Below are positions 51,803 through 64,000 of a stretch of DNA of 64,000 nucleotides, piece by piece. Within the stretch, counting starts at the first letter, position 1; each line of letters begins with the position of its first letter. The translations under genes and the position numbers were made by a program. Origin of the DNA: Paraphysomonas bandaiensis (lineage: Eukaryota; Protista; Chrysophyceae); NCBI GenBank assembly GCA_965644295.1, contig CBFFRP010000133.1, positions 186,001 through 250,000 of the forward strand, in the 5' to 3' direction. The notes under the pieces were generated by a model. It was not told the DNA's origin. It saw nothing but the letters and a program-made list of their open reading frames with translations, and did not search any database.

Positions 51803-52739
51803 ATACCTATCGTATTCTGTCTTCATTCAGCTGGCAGTCACTGACTCTTGCCGATATTTCCTGTAGTTAGACGAGTGCCTTACCAATTTTCTTGAGCGGG
51901 AATCCACGTATAGGTGCTGCTGTGTGCTCAGTCGTCAATGTTACTTTCTGGTCTATTTTTAGCACTTTGAAAGAAAATGAATATTCTCGTCTATTGTTCT
52001 TAAGTAAGTAGTGAGAAATCAATCTGTACGCTGAGAATATTCTCGCGATATTTTGCTGCTTTGTATATAGCTTTATGAAAGTGGAGGAAATAACCAGGTC
52101 AAAACTTCTGATAAACATGCAGGGGACCAAAGACTATTAACTATCGCGTGTAATTATTACAAATAAATGCTGGTTAATATTTCCCTTGTATATTTTCATT
52201 GTATTAATTATTCCGCTAGTGTAATTTCTGTTAGTTGAAATTTTAATTATGAGTCTTCTACATGAAAGTAGTACATAGATGCATATCTCGTAACCGTGAA
52301 GTTGTAATAGAAAATATAAGCAATGTGCAATGTACACTAAAGTGATCCACCTAAGGCAATGTTAGTAGCAAAAACAAGATATTTTTCTATAATTATAACT
52401 ATGTACTATATTCTATATAGTGTATTCGATTAGATAAAAGATAAACCCATTGGTAGCCTACAGTGCAGTCTCGTTTATACTTTAATTTTTAATTTGAATT
52501 AGTACTTATATATACAATGTCGAGGCGTTTTACCTGTGGTGTCAATATCAGTGATTCAAATCGGCTAATACAACACAGAAAATATAGTGTAACAATATTT
52601 TTTAATTTATTCAATTCGATACAAATCAACATAGAATAAAAAATTCATAAACCTATGAGCATTCTTTATCACATACTCACCTGTGTATACCAAAAGCAGG
52701 CATATACTATATCCTTTGTGCACTATTTACTCACGCGTA

Positions 52740-55290
52740 CTAGAAATGCGGTACTCTGAACTTATGTCCGGACACTCCTTGTAGAGAGTTTCTTCTCTTT
52801 ACTGGTATGGGGGGGTGTTGTCCTTGGCCTGGCTTTCGTTCTGGAAATGAATTTCCCGCAAAGGAGACGGCCTTCTTCATATTTCCTCCCTTTGTATGTA
52901 GACAGCTCTTCGCACTCATATCAAGGGGCATCGAAGAAGACCTTGCCCGTGTATTACAGCTAATGCTACTATACGAAATCTTGTGGTCTCCGGAGCTCAT
53001 CAAGGGAACCGTTTCTGTTCCGGATGGAGCGGAATATAGTTCCCATGTACTGCGGTCAATCTCATCCTCCTTATCACTGTCTTCATCAGTATGAGGGGAA
53101 CGAGAGGAGCTTGATTCTGTGCTACTTTGCGTGTGACTAAACGTTATGCCAGTCAAGGTGTGGGAGGCACATGATCCTCTTGGAGGCAGGGCAGGGAGGA
53201 TATGACCAACATCACCGTCATCTACGTACATGGCGTCTATAGATCTCTTAGTGGCGCACCTCAAAACCCCACCGACTCCGACTGAAGGAAATTCATCCAG
53301 ATACCACAGCAAACCTCCAAATACCATGCCCAACAACGATAAGGCTGCAAATAGAACCTCACACTTTTGCACTCCTTTCAACATTGTCCCTTCCCTAAGA
53401 TGCGCTGTAGACGTCGAATGGTCATGATGCTGTGCATTCTCAGTCAAAACGATGGAAATAACAGCAGGGATTGCTGTCTGAGCAAGGTTTTGAGTACACG
53501 TCATCACCCCAAAAGCAAGGCCTTGAAGATGATACTCCACTAGCATAGGGACCACAGGCCATATTACGGATGCAAATATCCTGCAGATTGCGAGTGAGTC
53601 AAATACAAGATATAAGCAAACACATGTACTGGAAGTGAATGCGTATCTCATACATAACCAAACATGTGTTTATGTCCAAAGCAGTCACAACAGCCCTTAA
53701 TATCACTCAGCATAGTCCCCAGGATACAGTATAAGTACTTACGAATAGGCCAGTCCCACTAATAGCAGTGGTATCAATGGGTTTCCTGCAGAGCATGACA
53801 TCATCATGTGCGCTAAAGAAAGGAACAATGGAGCGATGAAAATTAGCACAGTTCGATGACCGATGTGGTCGACCGCTATCCCCAAAAAAGGATACAACAG
53901 AGCTGATAAAAGAAACGGAACACTCTGCAGCCTAAGAACTATTATCAGTACATCGCAGCGTTGCACATAGACTCACATACATTCAAACTTTAATATACAC
54001 ATACCATATACAACATACTGACAAATAGATAAGGACACGATTACCCATATTCTAGACTATATATAAAAACAAATGCCCAGCAATACATCACTACTACCTT
54101 GACACTAGAAATTCAACGGCATCAGCGTCTATCTGGGCTAGCTTCGAGAAATACCCCACTCTCAGTACTTCGTTAGAAATGCTTATGAACGGCACCAGCG
54201 CTCCATATGTACAAAAACAACAGAGAATAACATACCATATACGGGGGTTTTCAGACGGTGGCCAAAGTGGTCTCTTTTGTCTTTTCAAATCAGATAGGGT
54301 GATATACTCTCCGCGTGGAGATGATGGCGTGTTTGACGCTGGGGATGTGTCTGTGTCATTAAATGAATCTTTGAATGTAAGCTCTCCCTCGCTACCACTA
54401 ACACTACCTTCTTCAGGAATAGGGGGCATCATTTCGAGGCCAATATCACGTTTACTCGGCACGGAAGGAGTTCCACTATTTTGATTCTGTTCCGTACGAC
54501 CGTCTGTGTCGAGAAATGTATCGTCGTCGCTAATTGGAATAGTTCCGATTTTGGAGTTGGCAAGGGTGTTGCAGTAGGTCGTGTACTCTGTACTTGATTG
54601 GCACACGGGAGGGCTGGAATGATCTGAGTCGGAGGAATCACTATCTGAGTACGGATATAGATTTTGCTCCTTCTCCTCATATGGAGACATACATATATAG
54701 TCCGTTGCCACAATGAATACCGTTGATAGAAGAGAAAACATACACAAAAATGACCCAAACCAAAAAACAAGAGTGACACCTTTCTCAACCTCAATTATAG
54801 GGGATATCCAGTCATTTGCAGCACTACCCACCCGGGAGAGAGAGAGCAGAAGTCCCATTGCAAATGCTAATTCCTTCCCTTCGAACCATGACGACAGCAT
54901 CGTCACGATCGACACCATCAGCGATTCACCCCCAATACCAAACACAAATCTACCGAATAACATCATGTTTATATTTCTTCCCGCACAGCCCATAGAAGTA
55001 ATGAACTGTCCGACAAACACAGTGCACGAGAACACCAGAATCATACTACGATGTCCGCATACATCTATGAGGAACCCTCCGAACAACGGCAGAGCGATAT
55101 TAGGAATGCTATAGAGTATGTATAGCATATTGAAGTTGACATCGAAATATGTGACATCAGCGAAGTACTCCGAGAGCTCAGTGTAGAGCACGGAGGGGAT
55201 GTCGAAACAGTAATAGTTGCCAAAGGCGACAATACAACTGATGAACAAGATCAGCCAGCGGTATAGGGCGATGTTAGGGGGTAACTGCAT
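52740..55290 (-). CDS. MFSD1: MFSD1-like lysosomal MFS transporter (3 exons) with long acidic central loop and C-tail
   Basis: FGNYYCFDIP, LYILYSIPNIALPLFGGFLID, GRFVFGIGGESL, WFEGKELAFAMG, FASVIWP, GLAFGVMTCTQN. Confidence 0.85.
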
Positions 55291-55672
55291 CCCACTGAAG
55301 GGAGTGGGAGAGCAGTGGTGGAGAGATTGTGTTAAATAGGCAGAGAAGTGTTGCTTATATGTTCAGTATGATGATATGATACACATGCTCATACATTGTA
55401 CAGATAGAATACAGTACTGTTGTAGAGTCAAGAGGTACAATGCAGTGGTACGTGGTACACTTCAAAGTACGGTACAGTATTTCACGCCATATCTTACCAC
55501 ACAAACTATTTTCAGTTATTACAAGTCATGTCTTCTCAAGATCGTGATGAGTGGTTAGGAGAGGTTGAACCAGTCATTCTTTCCGTCGTCACGCAGATAC
55601 AACACCCAACTTCAGTCATAATTATCACTCGCCAGAGTTTATTATACACACACGTAAACCAAAGACTTAATC

Positions 55673-56884
55673 ATGATCAAGGCTCTTTTTCTGACTGCTA
55701 TGGTGGCTGCCACTGCTTCTGCAGCTGAACTGCTTAAGGCTGCTGGTGGAAAGCATATTCGCGGACAGTACATCGTCCGTCTTCGTGACAGCGAGAGTGT
55801 TGAATCTCTCCGTAGTCACATTGCAAGGATGCGTGAGGCACTCGGTATGGATGAGCTCGAGCCCCTTCACGTCTATGAGAATATGGTCAACTATAAGAAT
55901 GTTGGATATGCTGCTAAGCTCTCTGAGAGAGCTCTGACCAGACTTCTTGAGGAGGATATCGTCAGCTTCATTGAGGAGGACCGTGAAGTCACTATTGGTG
56001 ACTGTCAGGAACAGTCCAACCCTGTCTGGGGCCTTGCCAGAACCAACCACCGTGATTACAACGCCTCCGCGACCTACACTTACGACTACACCACCGGCGC
56101 CACTGGAAAGGGTGTTGATGCATATGTTATTGATACTGGTATCTACTGCGAGAACAACGACTTCGTTAACAAGAAGGTTGGATCCTGCACCTTTGGGTAC
56201 TCTTCTGTGACCAACATCATTGGCGTCGTTGATACCACTGACGGTAATGGACATGGTACCCACGTCTCTGGTACTATTGCCGGACAGACATACGGTGTTG
56301 CAAAGGAGGCTGACCTCATTGCTGTTAAAGTCATGAGCGATCGTGGATCCGGTTCTAGCAGCAATATCCTCTCTGGTATCGACTGGGTTATTGGTAATGC
56401 CAAGAAGACAAAGAAGCCTTCTGTTGCCAACCTTTCTATTGGAGGTGGATTTTCTCAGACTGAAAACGATGCCATCACCAGTGCTACTGAGGCAGGAATT
56501 ACCATGGTCGTTGCTGCTGGTAACGATGACTCCGATGCATGCGAGTACTCTCCTGCTTCTGCTCCTGCTGCTATCACTGTCGGTGCCACCGGTGACGACA
56601 ACGCCAGAGCCTACTACTCCAACTACGGCTCCTGCCTCGATGTATTCGGTCCTGGTACCGACATCACTTCTACATGGATTGATTCTCCTGATGCCACCAA
56701 CACTATCTCCGGTACCTCTATGGCTTCTCCTCATGTCTGCGGTGTTGCTGCTAAGATTTTGTCCGCCAATCCTTCCTTCTCCGTTGAGCAGGTTACACAG
56801 AAGCTTCTTAAGGACGCTACACCTGGTGTTGTGTCCGATGTGCAGGGATCTCCTAACTTGATGGTGTATGCCACCTGCAACTAA
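55673..56884 (+). CDS. Secreted proteinase K-like subtilase (S8A) with I9 propeptide
   Basis: Signal peptide, YIVRL propeptide, and catalytic triad motifs YVIDTG, GHGTHVSG and GTSMASPHV, plus oxyanion AAGN. Intronless. Confidence 0.97.
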   Translation: MIKALFLTAMVAATASAAELLKAAGGKHIRGQYIVRLRDSESVESLRSHIARMREALGMDELEPLHVYENMVNYKNVGYAAKLSERALTRLLEEDIVSFIEEDREVTIGDCQEQSNPVWGLARTNHRDYNASATYTYDYTTGATGKGVDAYVIDTGIYCENNDFVNKKVGSCTFGYSSVTNIIGVVDTTDGNGHGTHVSGTIAGQTYGVAKEADLIAVKVMSDRGSGSSSNILSGIDWVIGNAKKTKKPSVANLSIGGGFSQTENDAITSATEAGITMVVAAGNDDSDACEYSPASAPAAITVGATGDDNARAYYSNYGSCLDVFGPGTDITSTWIDSPDATNTISGTSMASPHVCGVAAKILSANPSFSVEQVTQKLLKDATPGVVSDVQGSPNLMVYATCN

Positions 56885-57495
56885 ACTTGTCTATAGTATT
56901 GTTTTAGATAATAGTTCTCTGCTTTTATTATAAAAGTAGACCAAAATTTATATTTTGAATACGGCTTTGCCGCTGTCTTCTTATCCCCGCATCAATAATT
57001 TTGTTGACGGTTGTGAATAATTAAAAATGCACCATTTTACTGCAAAATTGTGTTTACATAGTTCTTGTAGAGAGCTTCGCTCAGTAACTGTGACAAAAAA
57101 TATGTTTCATTCAAAATAGTTCCTCCATGTTGCAGTGAAGTTTGCATTCATTTGGGCAAATTGGAATAGCTTTACTATAACTCTCTCTCTATTGACCATT
57201 TTCAGATGATTAAGATCGTTGTAAGAGAAGTTTAAGTTAGTCAAACTAGATAGATTACTTTATTATGATTGTATACACAATTGTCTGTGTTGTCATGTAA
57301 CACATGTCAACAACATGATAAATTATTTCGTTCATGTCAACCACTGCTCAGCTTCCGTATCTTGAATCGTCATGATATAATACTTCAGTTTCACAGTTAT
57401 AGCTATATAGCACCTTTGACTATTGACTACGTATTACTGTTTTTCACATTGTATTTAACGTATTCTACAGTACTATCTTAGAGAACCATACGTAT

Positions 57496-58857
57496 TTGGT
57501 TTTAACCACACTCAAAAACCACACTCATCATCACAGCACAAAAAACACAAAAAAACACTGTTGTTATGTACGGAAAAAACGTAACAGTCAATTCGGACTC
57601 GACTCAAATGAAGTATGTGAATTCATATGACAGCAGCGGACAGCACTCCCAGTGACCCAATCACAGGGCAAAATGATGTGCAGGTAACTTCATTATATTC
57701 GACTCATTCTTATACTTAAAGATGTCTCCAAAGCAGAGCAGATCCAATACAAAAGAGCGCACAGAGAAGGCTGCACGACAAGCCAAAATTAGGGCTGAGT
57801 CGAAGAAGCTTCAAAAGCAGTGGAAGCTGGTTGATTTGAGACATGAATCGTTTCATTTTCCAGATTCAGACCTTCTCAGTCAATATCCAACGTTAAAGCT
57901 GCGAAGGCTAACGCTCCTGAGCATATTTCTTTAGTTTGTTACACCTGCACTTGTTACGACAATTGCCCAAGATATAGATCCTGAGCACCTCGTTTTCAAC
58001 AGAGGGGGCTCTGTGCTGATATCTGTGAGTAAGATATAGCAAGATGCGTGCTATTTGGATTCGTATTTATGGCAAACAATTCGTGTTTACTGGTGTTCAG
58101 AAGAAGGTCCGTCCACTGTGTTCAGATCTGGAATAATACCGAAAAGAGTTCAGAAGATATTATCCTACGATTTCATCGTTTGGCATACTATTTGCCGAAA
58201 CATTCACTACCAACTTTACGTTTGACAAGCTCTACTCTGAAGATGTCTCCTTGAAGCTTAAGAGTATTCTTAGAGGGATTATAAATCCGAAGCAATTTCC
58301 TGCGTTGACACGACTGGTGCAGCACGGAGTAGTTATGTGGGGAAAATAGAATGGGTATAGAACAAAAGAAAGAAGCAAGTAGTTGTGCACGCTCATAGGA
58401 AAGATGGGAAGCAACACACAGTATTAAGTAATGCGTACACGAGGCGGACAACCAAGGCCTCGACATCATATATGTATTCCTATGCGTGATGACTATTACA
58501 AGCTGTTTTATGCCTATGACAAATACAACAAGCAAATCAAACAGAGGGTGTGACCACACAGGGATGGTGGCAATGGGCGTTTGGGTGAGGCGGGAGAGCA
58601 TAATTCGTTTATGTTTGGTTGTATAATAGAAAACACTGTCAACGCATATCGTCATATAATGAATGCCGATTCCGAAGATTTTGAGTACTTTGGTTATTGT
58701 CAAACTCTAACAAACGATTTGTATATGTATGCAAGCACACTCTCTGATAGTACTATTTAGTAGAGTAATACAATAAATTTAATTGATTTGGACGTAAATA
58801 TATTACTTCTTATAAGTGTGGTTACTGACTGTGGTTAATGAGTGTGGTTAAGACCAA
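57496..58857 (+). mobile_element. Decayed TIR DNA transposon, piggyBac-like transposase remnants
   Basis: Inverted repeats TTGGTTTTAACCACACTCA (57496-57514) and TGAGTGTGGTTAAGACCAA (58839-58857), with repeated AACCACAC subterminal motifs. Stop-interrupted remnants read TLLSIFL*FVTPALVTTIA and YDKYNKQI..*PH..CIIENTVNAY. Confidence 0.6.
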
Positions 58858-59907
58858 TTCCAACACTCTCAAGGTTATGTAAATATGGTTTGACGACGGC
58901 GTTCCATTAATATTAGAGAATATTGATGGAGGTTTCGGTACCGACCCAACCATACTATCGCAACATTGATCAGTAAGTAGTGAGTGTCTTGTTCTTCTTC
59001 TAAGAAACATTAGGTTATGAGTAGGCAGAAAATTGTCAACTGACTATATATTTATGCGGGTTTCTTGAAGAAATATCTCCGGTGTTTATTTCCCAGAACA
59101 TCACTCAGAGGTGCGAGTCCGACTTCGTTGAGGTTTGAGTAAGTAAACACATCCGAATATTCCAATTTTGGTACTAGTAGTCATTAAGATCCGATTTCGC
59201 TGGCAACTGCATAGCTAATAAGTATTTCCCTCATCGTCTGAGTCATCATCGATGACGCCAGCAACAAACTTAATTGAATTACATCCAACTATAACTATCA
59301 ATTTGTTTTCAGAAAAAACATTATATGTTAATTTTGGGATCTATTATTCAACCTCTAGTCAATTTGGTGTAGTTTCATAGTCACACCAAAATTGATGTAA
59401 AAACCTAGTCAAGTAGTTGAAAACCCTAGTCATTTAATAATTCAATTTACAATGACTATAGGTTGATACTTATACTTATCAACTTAGCATCCATAATACT
59501 TATTTCAGGTTTGCCATCAAACAAGAATTGGGCAGTTTCTTGCGACCAAGTCCGGTGAAGCTTCATGGGCATTTCAGTGTGTTGTTTAGTGTATGTGAGG
59601 TGCTGCATGTTGTTTTGTCAGAGCTGTGAATTGTAATTGATATAAACATAAGTGACACTGATAAACTCTCATAAGGCAAGATTTCATGACGTTTGGTTCG
59701 AATGTTCTGTTCAGAGAACGAAGAAGAGTGGACTGTCTATGCTACTTGAGCTGTGGAGTCCTGTCTATGCTACTATAAAATATCTCGTTTTCTGTCCTCT
59801 TTAACCAGATCTATGCTTCGTTGGTTTCACTTAACCTACTGTGTGACTTAATTAGTTCTTTAGTGCGTAGTTATTTGCGAGTACAATTTATGACTAGGTT
59901 TATAACG

Positions 59908-60107
59908 CTGAAGTCAAGCAGATGTTAGGTATATATTAACATTCTGCTTTTTCGCTGCGTTTGCCTTGAGTGAATGAGCGAAAGCGCACAAGCATTCTCG
60001 AAGCGTTAAATAGTAGGGAATCAAAGTTATGCACTAGTTAGTTAGTTAAATTGCAATGCTTAATTGGTTCTGATTCTCAAACGCCCATTGCTAGTAATAA
60101 TACATTC
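59908..60107. repeat. Solo, diverged third copy of the 7240-8007 inverted-repeat arm
   Basis: CTGAAGT..AGGTATAT..CTTGAGTGAA..CGCACAAGCA..TAAATAGTAGG..CACTAGTTAGTTAGTTAAATTG..GTTCTGA..CATTC is collinear with the arms. Confidence 0.75.
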
Positions 60108-60463
60108 CAGGGCCTGATAACCATTAATGGTAATGCCATTATAATTTCCGGGACATTTTTCATTAATGCCATTATAATTTTCGCATAGCCAATATCATCC
60201 TCTCTATTGTTGCAATCGCTGTGAGAACATAGACTTATAGTTATATATCATACATGGACATATATATTTCACGTTACAGTTAAGATATTAATGGAATTTT
60301 TGGCCGGCCCGCCCATCAATATAATGTTACCAAACTCTACTCTCACTTCTATTTAACCCTGTATTTGCGTCATTACACTAAGGTACCGTTCATGAACCAT
60401 GCTTTAATAATCTAGATTACGTTTTGATGGAAATTACATTACTATTAACAAATAGATATGGCA

Positions 60464-61939
60464 CTAAAATCCCGTAGCGGTCTTACCATTATAGAAACGG
60501 GTCAACATGAATGCCGTAGTTTTGCGCTTCAACGAATAAAAGATATTTTTGTACAAAGGAAACATCGTTTTAATTTCATTATCTGAGAAGCCAGCGGCTT
60601 TCAAGACATCGATATTATGTTCACCGGGATACGCCGCACGAGATAACAAAGTAGATGGATGATTGCTCATTCGTGGTCCCAGCACAACCTGCGGTGGTAG
60701 ATTTTGTTTGTCGGGGTCAGAGTGACGCAGAAAGACATCACGTGCTTTGTGTTGGGGATGACTAGGTAGTTCCTTAATATCAAGAATGGGCTCTATGCAG
60801 GCATCGCACTCATTAGCAATGGCAACCCATTCATCGTACGTTTTGCTTCTAAAAAATTCAGCTGTTTGCTCTTTTGTTGCATTCATAAGATGTCGAGCAT
60901 TTACATGTTCGCATAGTCTCTTCCAGAAATGTGGCTCTAGTGCCCCTACGGACATGTGCTTTCCGTCTGCAGTGGTGTATATGTTGTAGTTACACAGCCC
61001 ACCATCCAGGTGCCCTGTTCCTCTTGTCTGATTAGCACCAGCAATGGACTGTGACAAAGCGTTGATACCCAGCACCATCGCAGATTCACACAACGATATG
61101 TCAACGAACTGACCCAGTCCAGTTCGATATCTCTCAAGTAGTGCGGCTTGAATTCCAATTACTCCCTGCTCGAGAAATAAGGGGATTATCAAGGTTACAC
61201 GCGATAAAACGTAGAAAAATACAAACGCAAGTGTAAAAAGCATGATATTATCCTATACTACACAGGCTTATATATGAATAGGAACATTATAGGACATTTC
61301 TATATAACACCTGCAGGGCCCCGGCAATATCAGCCCCTTGGAAACCAGGTAAGGGTGGCACGTCACCTTCACTCCCACTAATACCTAACAAACCGGCTAA
61401 AGCCATGTAATTCACATCATGGCCGGCACGCCTACGCGCTATATCAGAACAATCAAGCAGGAACACTGTCTATATCTCTACATTGCTAGTGGTCCGGTGG
61501 AGCCGTATCCTGACAAACTACAGTAAATAAGACCAGCGTTATCCTTCTTGAGCTCATCATATCCAAGACCCAGTCGATCCATAACACCGGGCCTGTTCCC
61601 TTCGACCAGAATATCATAAGAAAGGGCTATCCGACGCAGCGCATCTCTCTGTCTCTCGTTCTTGAGGTCCAGCACAATGTTCTTCTTATGCGCATTAACA
61701 GCCTCAAAAAAAGCCCCATGCTGAACATTATTTTCATATCTGCACACAAAAAGATCACATTCATAGCAGCTTGTTGCATGTCCATACTTTATTAACGGGG
61801 GGATGAAGCGAGCATAGTCCCCTTCAGGTGACTCCACTTTAACAACATCTGCTCCCAAACGAACCAGAAGATGCGTACACAGAGGACCCGGTAATAAGCG
61901 GGTTAAATCGAGTACTTTGATACCGGCTAAGGGTCCCAT
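60464..61939 (-). CDS. CoA-transferase family III (CaiB/BaiF; alpha-methylacyl-CoA racemase-like)
   Basis: GPLAGIKVLDLTRLLPGP, LGADVVKVE, DILVEGNRPGVMDRLGLGY, YCSLSGYG, AGHDVNYMALAG, VGALEPHFW. The true start may lie upstream, where an Arg-rich in-frame extension exists. Confidence 0.93.
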
Positions 61940-62265
61940 GAAGCGTATGGAGAGAAGACGCCGATGAGGTAGAGCAGAAACTGTGCGTGCCGTGTATTTA
62001 AAATGCCTGCATAGGCGGATATATACACCACTGTATACAGTGCATATACAGTATAGGTATGCAGGTATACAGTGCATATACAGCAGCAGGGCAGTCCCAG
62101 AATCTAATTAGCATAATAGATACGCCTGGACAAACTGCACAGGAATCTACCGTATACCGGTATACCGTACAGCCGTATACTGACATATACTGATGACATG
62201 GTTGGTACAGTAGTCCGTGTACTTGTGTGTGTACATTCATCGGGCTACACTTACAACAAGCAACA

Positions 62266-64000
62266 ACAAGCGTATGTCTGACTCATAATTGATGTCATTC
62301 TATTTGTTGAGGGCTCCATGATTGGTAGTGTATGTGTATATTTGTTGTTGTTTGCATGTGTGTATGTGTAGCCCGATGATTATTATAACAAGCGTATGTC
62401 TGACTCATAATTGATGTCATTCTATTTGTTGAGGGCTCCATGATTGGTAGTGTATGTGTATATTTGTTGTTGTTTGCATGTGTGTATGTGTAGCCCGATG
62501 ATTATTATAACAAGCGTATGTCTGACTCATAATTGATGTCATTCTATTTGTTGAGGGCTCCATGATTGGTAGTGTATGTGTATATTTGTTGTTGTTTGCA
62601 TGTGTGTATGTGTAGCCCGATGATTATTATAACAAGCGTATGTCTGACTCATAATTGATGTCATTCTATTTGTTGAGGGCTCCATGATTGGTAGTGTATG
62701 TGTATATTTGTTGTTGTTTGCATGTGTGTATGTGTAGCCCGATGATTATTATAACAAGCGTATGTCTGACTCATAATTGATGTCATTCTATTTGTTGAGG
62801 GCTCCATGATTGGTAGTGTATGTGTATATTTGTTGTTGTTTGCATGTGTGTATGTGTAGCCCGATGATTATTATAACAAGCGTATGTCTGACTCATAATT
62901 GATGTCATTCTATTTGTTGAGGGCTCCATGATTGGTAGTGTATGTGTATATTTGTTGTTGTTTGCATGTGTGTATGTGTAGCCCGATGATTATTATAACA
63001 AGCGTATGTCTGACTCATAATTGAAGTCATTCTATTTGTTGAGGGCTCCATGATTGGTAGTGTATGTGTATATTTGTTGTTGTTTGCATGTGTGTATGTG
63101 TAGCCCGATGATTATTATAACAAGCGTATGTCTGACTCATAATTGAAGTCATTCTATTTGTTGAGGGCTCCATGATTGGTAGTGTATGTGTATATTTGTT
63201 GTTGTTTGCATGTGTGTATGTGTAGCCCGATGATTATTATAACAAGCGTATGTCTGACTCATAATTGATGTCATTCTATTTGTTGAGGGCTCCATGATTG
63301 GTAGTGTATGTGTATATTTGTTGTTGTTTGCATGTGTGTATGTGTAGCCCGATGATTATTATAACAAGCGTATGTCTGACTCATAATTGATGTCATTCTA
63401 TTTGTTGAGGGCTCCATGATTGGTAGTGTATGTGTATATTTGTTGTTGTTTGCATGTGTGTATGTGTAGCCCGATGATTATTATAACAAGCGTATGTCTG
63501 ACTCATAATTGATGTCATTCTATTTGTTGAGGGCTCCATGATTGGTAGTGTATGTGTATATTTGTTGTTGTTTGCATGTGTGTATGTGTAGCCCGATGAT
63601 TATTATAACAAGCGTATGTCTGACTCATAATTGATGTCATTCTATTTGTTGAGGGCTCCATGATTGGTAGTGTATGTGTATATTTGTTGTTGTTTGCATG
63701 TGTGTATGTGTAGCCCGATGATTATTATAACAAGCGTATGTCTGACTCATAATTGATGTCATTCTATTTGTTGAGGGCTCCATGATTGGTAGTGTATGTG
63801 TATATTTGTTGTTGTTTGCATGTGTGTATGTGTAGCCCGATGATTATTATAACAAGCGTATGTCTGACTCATAATTGATGTCATTCTATTTGTTGAGGGC
63901 TCCATGATTGGTAGTGTATGTGTATATTTGTTGTTGTTTGCATGTGTGTATGTGTAGCCCGATGATTATTATAACAAGCGTATGTCTGACTCATAATTGA
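62266..64000. repeat. 122-bp tandem satellite, >=14 copies, runs off the window end
   Basis: CGTATGTCTG recurs at 62271, 62393, 62515 and so on. The units look identical except for a T>A change at 63025 and 63147. Confidence 0.99.

Noticed and set aside
55667-56861. 355-aa antisense ORF and alternative-frame ORFs over the subtilase
   Set aside because: These are shadow ORFs expected from strong codon bias and carry no recognisable motifs.
55673-56884. Horizontal transfer of the intronless subtilase
   Set aside because: UBLCP1 and Spinster are also intronless, and the codon bias resembles the aldolase. There is no support without a phylogeny.
59340-60311. CTAGTCA repeats and a possible CAGGGCC-ended hAT MITE (60107-60311)
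   Set aside because: The matches are short and degenerate, and I could not establish termini or TSDs.
62266-64000. 122-bp array as CRISPR, 5S rRNA or spliced-leader/snoRNA array
   Set aside because: There are no variable spacers or cas genes, no resemblance to 5S despite the similar length, and only weak Sm- or C/D-box-like words.

Overview
Eukaryotic, gene-dense DNA with short GT-AG introns (about 45-100 nt). The protein style suggests a stramenopile-like protist; this is inference and the taxon cannot be fixed from sequence alone. About 17 genes are present: class I aldolase, CCZ1, a DxD glycosyltransferase, a repeat protein, LYR-ApaG, UBLCP1, a giant four-repeat cyclic-nucleotide-domain K+-type channel with C-terminal EF-hands, NTMT1, a single-TM protein, a GDA1/CD39 apyrase, a divergent DDB1-like propeller, a zinc-finger-less ZC3H15/Tma46, a Spinster-type MFS, Rab6, an MFSD1-like transporter, a secreted subtilase and a family III CoA-transferase. 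Intergenic gaps hold decayed TEs: Copia, hAT, piggyBac-like, a two-copy hairpin-ended element with possible tyrosine-recombinase remnants, and a three-copy long-inverted-repeat family. There is also a 0.6-kb (TACA)n array and a 122-bp satellite running off the right end. Strongest leads: (1) the single-chain tetrameric channel with four different pore filters and fused EF-hands; (2) an identical 23-bp telomere-repeat-plus-tag motif at two unrelated loci; (3) the satellite, which starts with an inverted copy of its own end. All alignments and splice models were made by eye.
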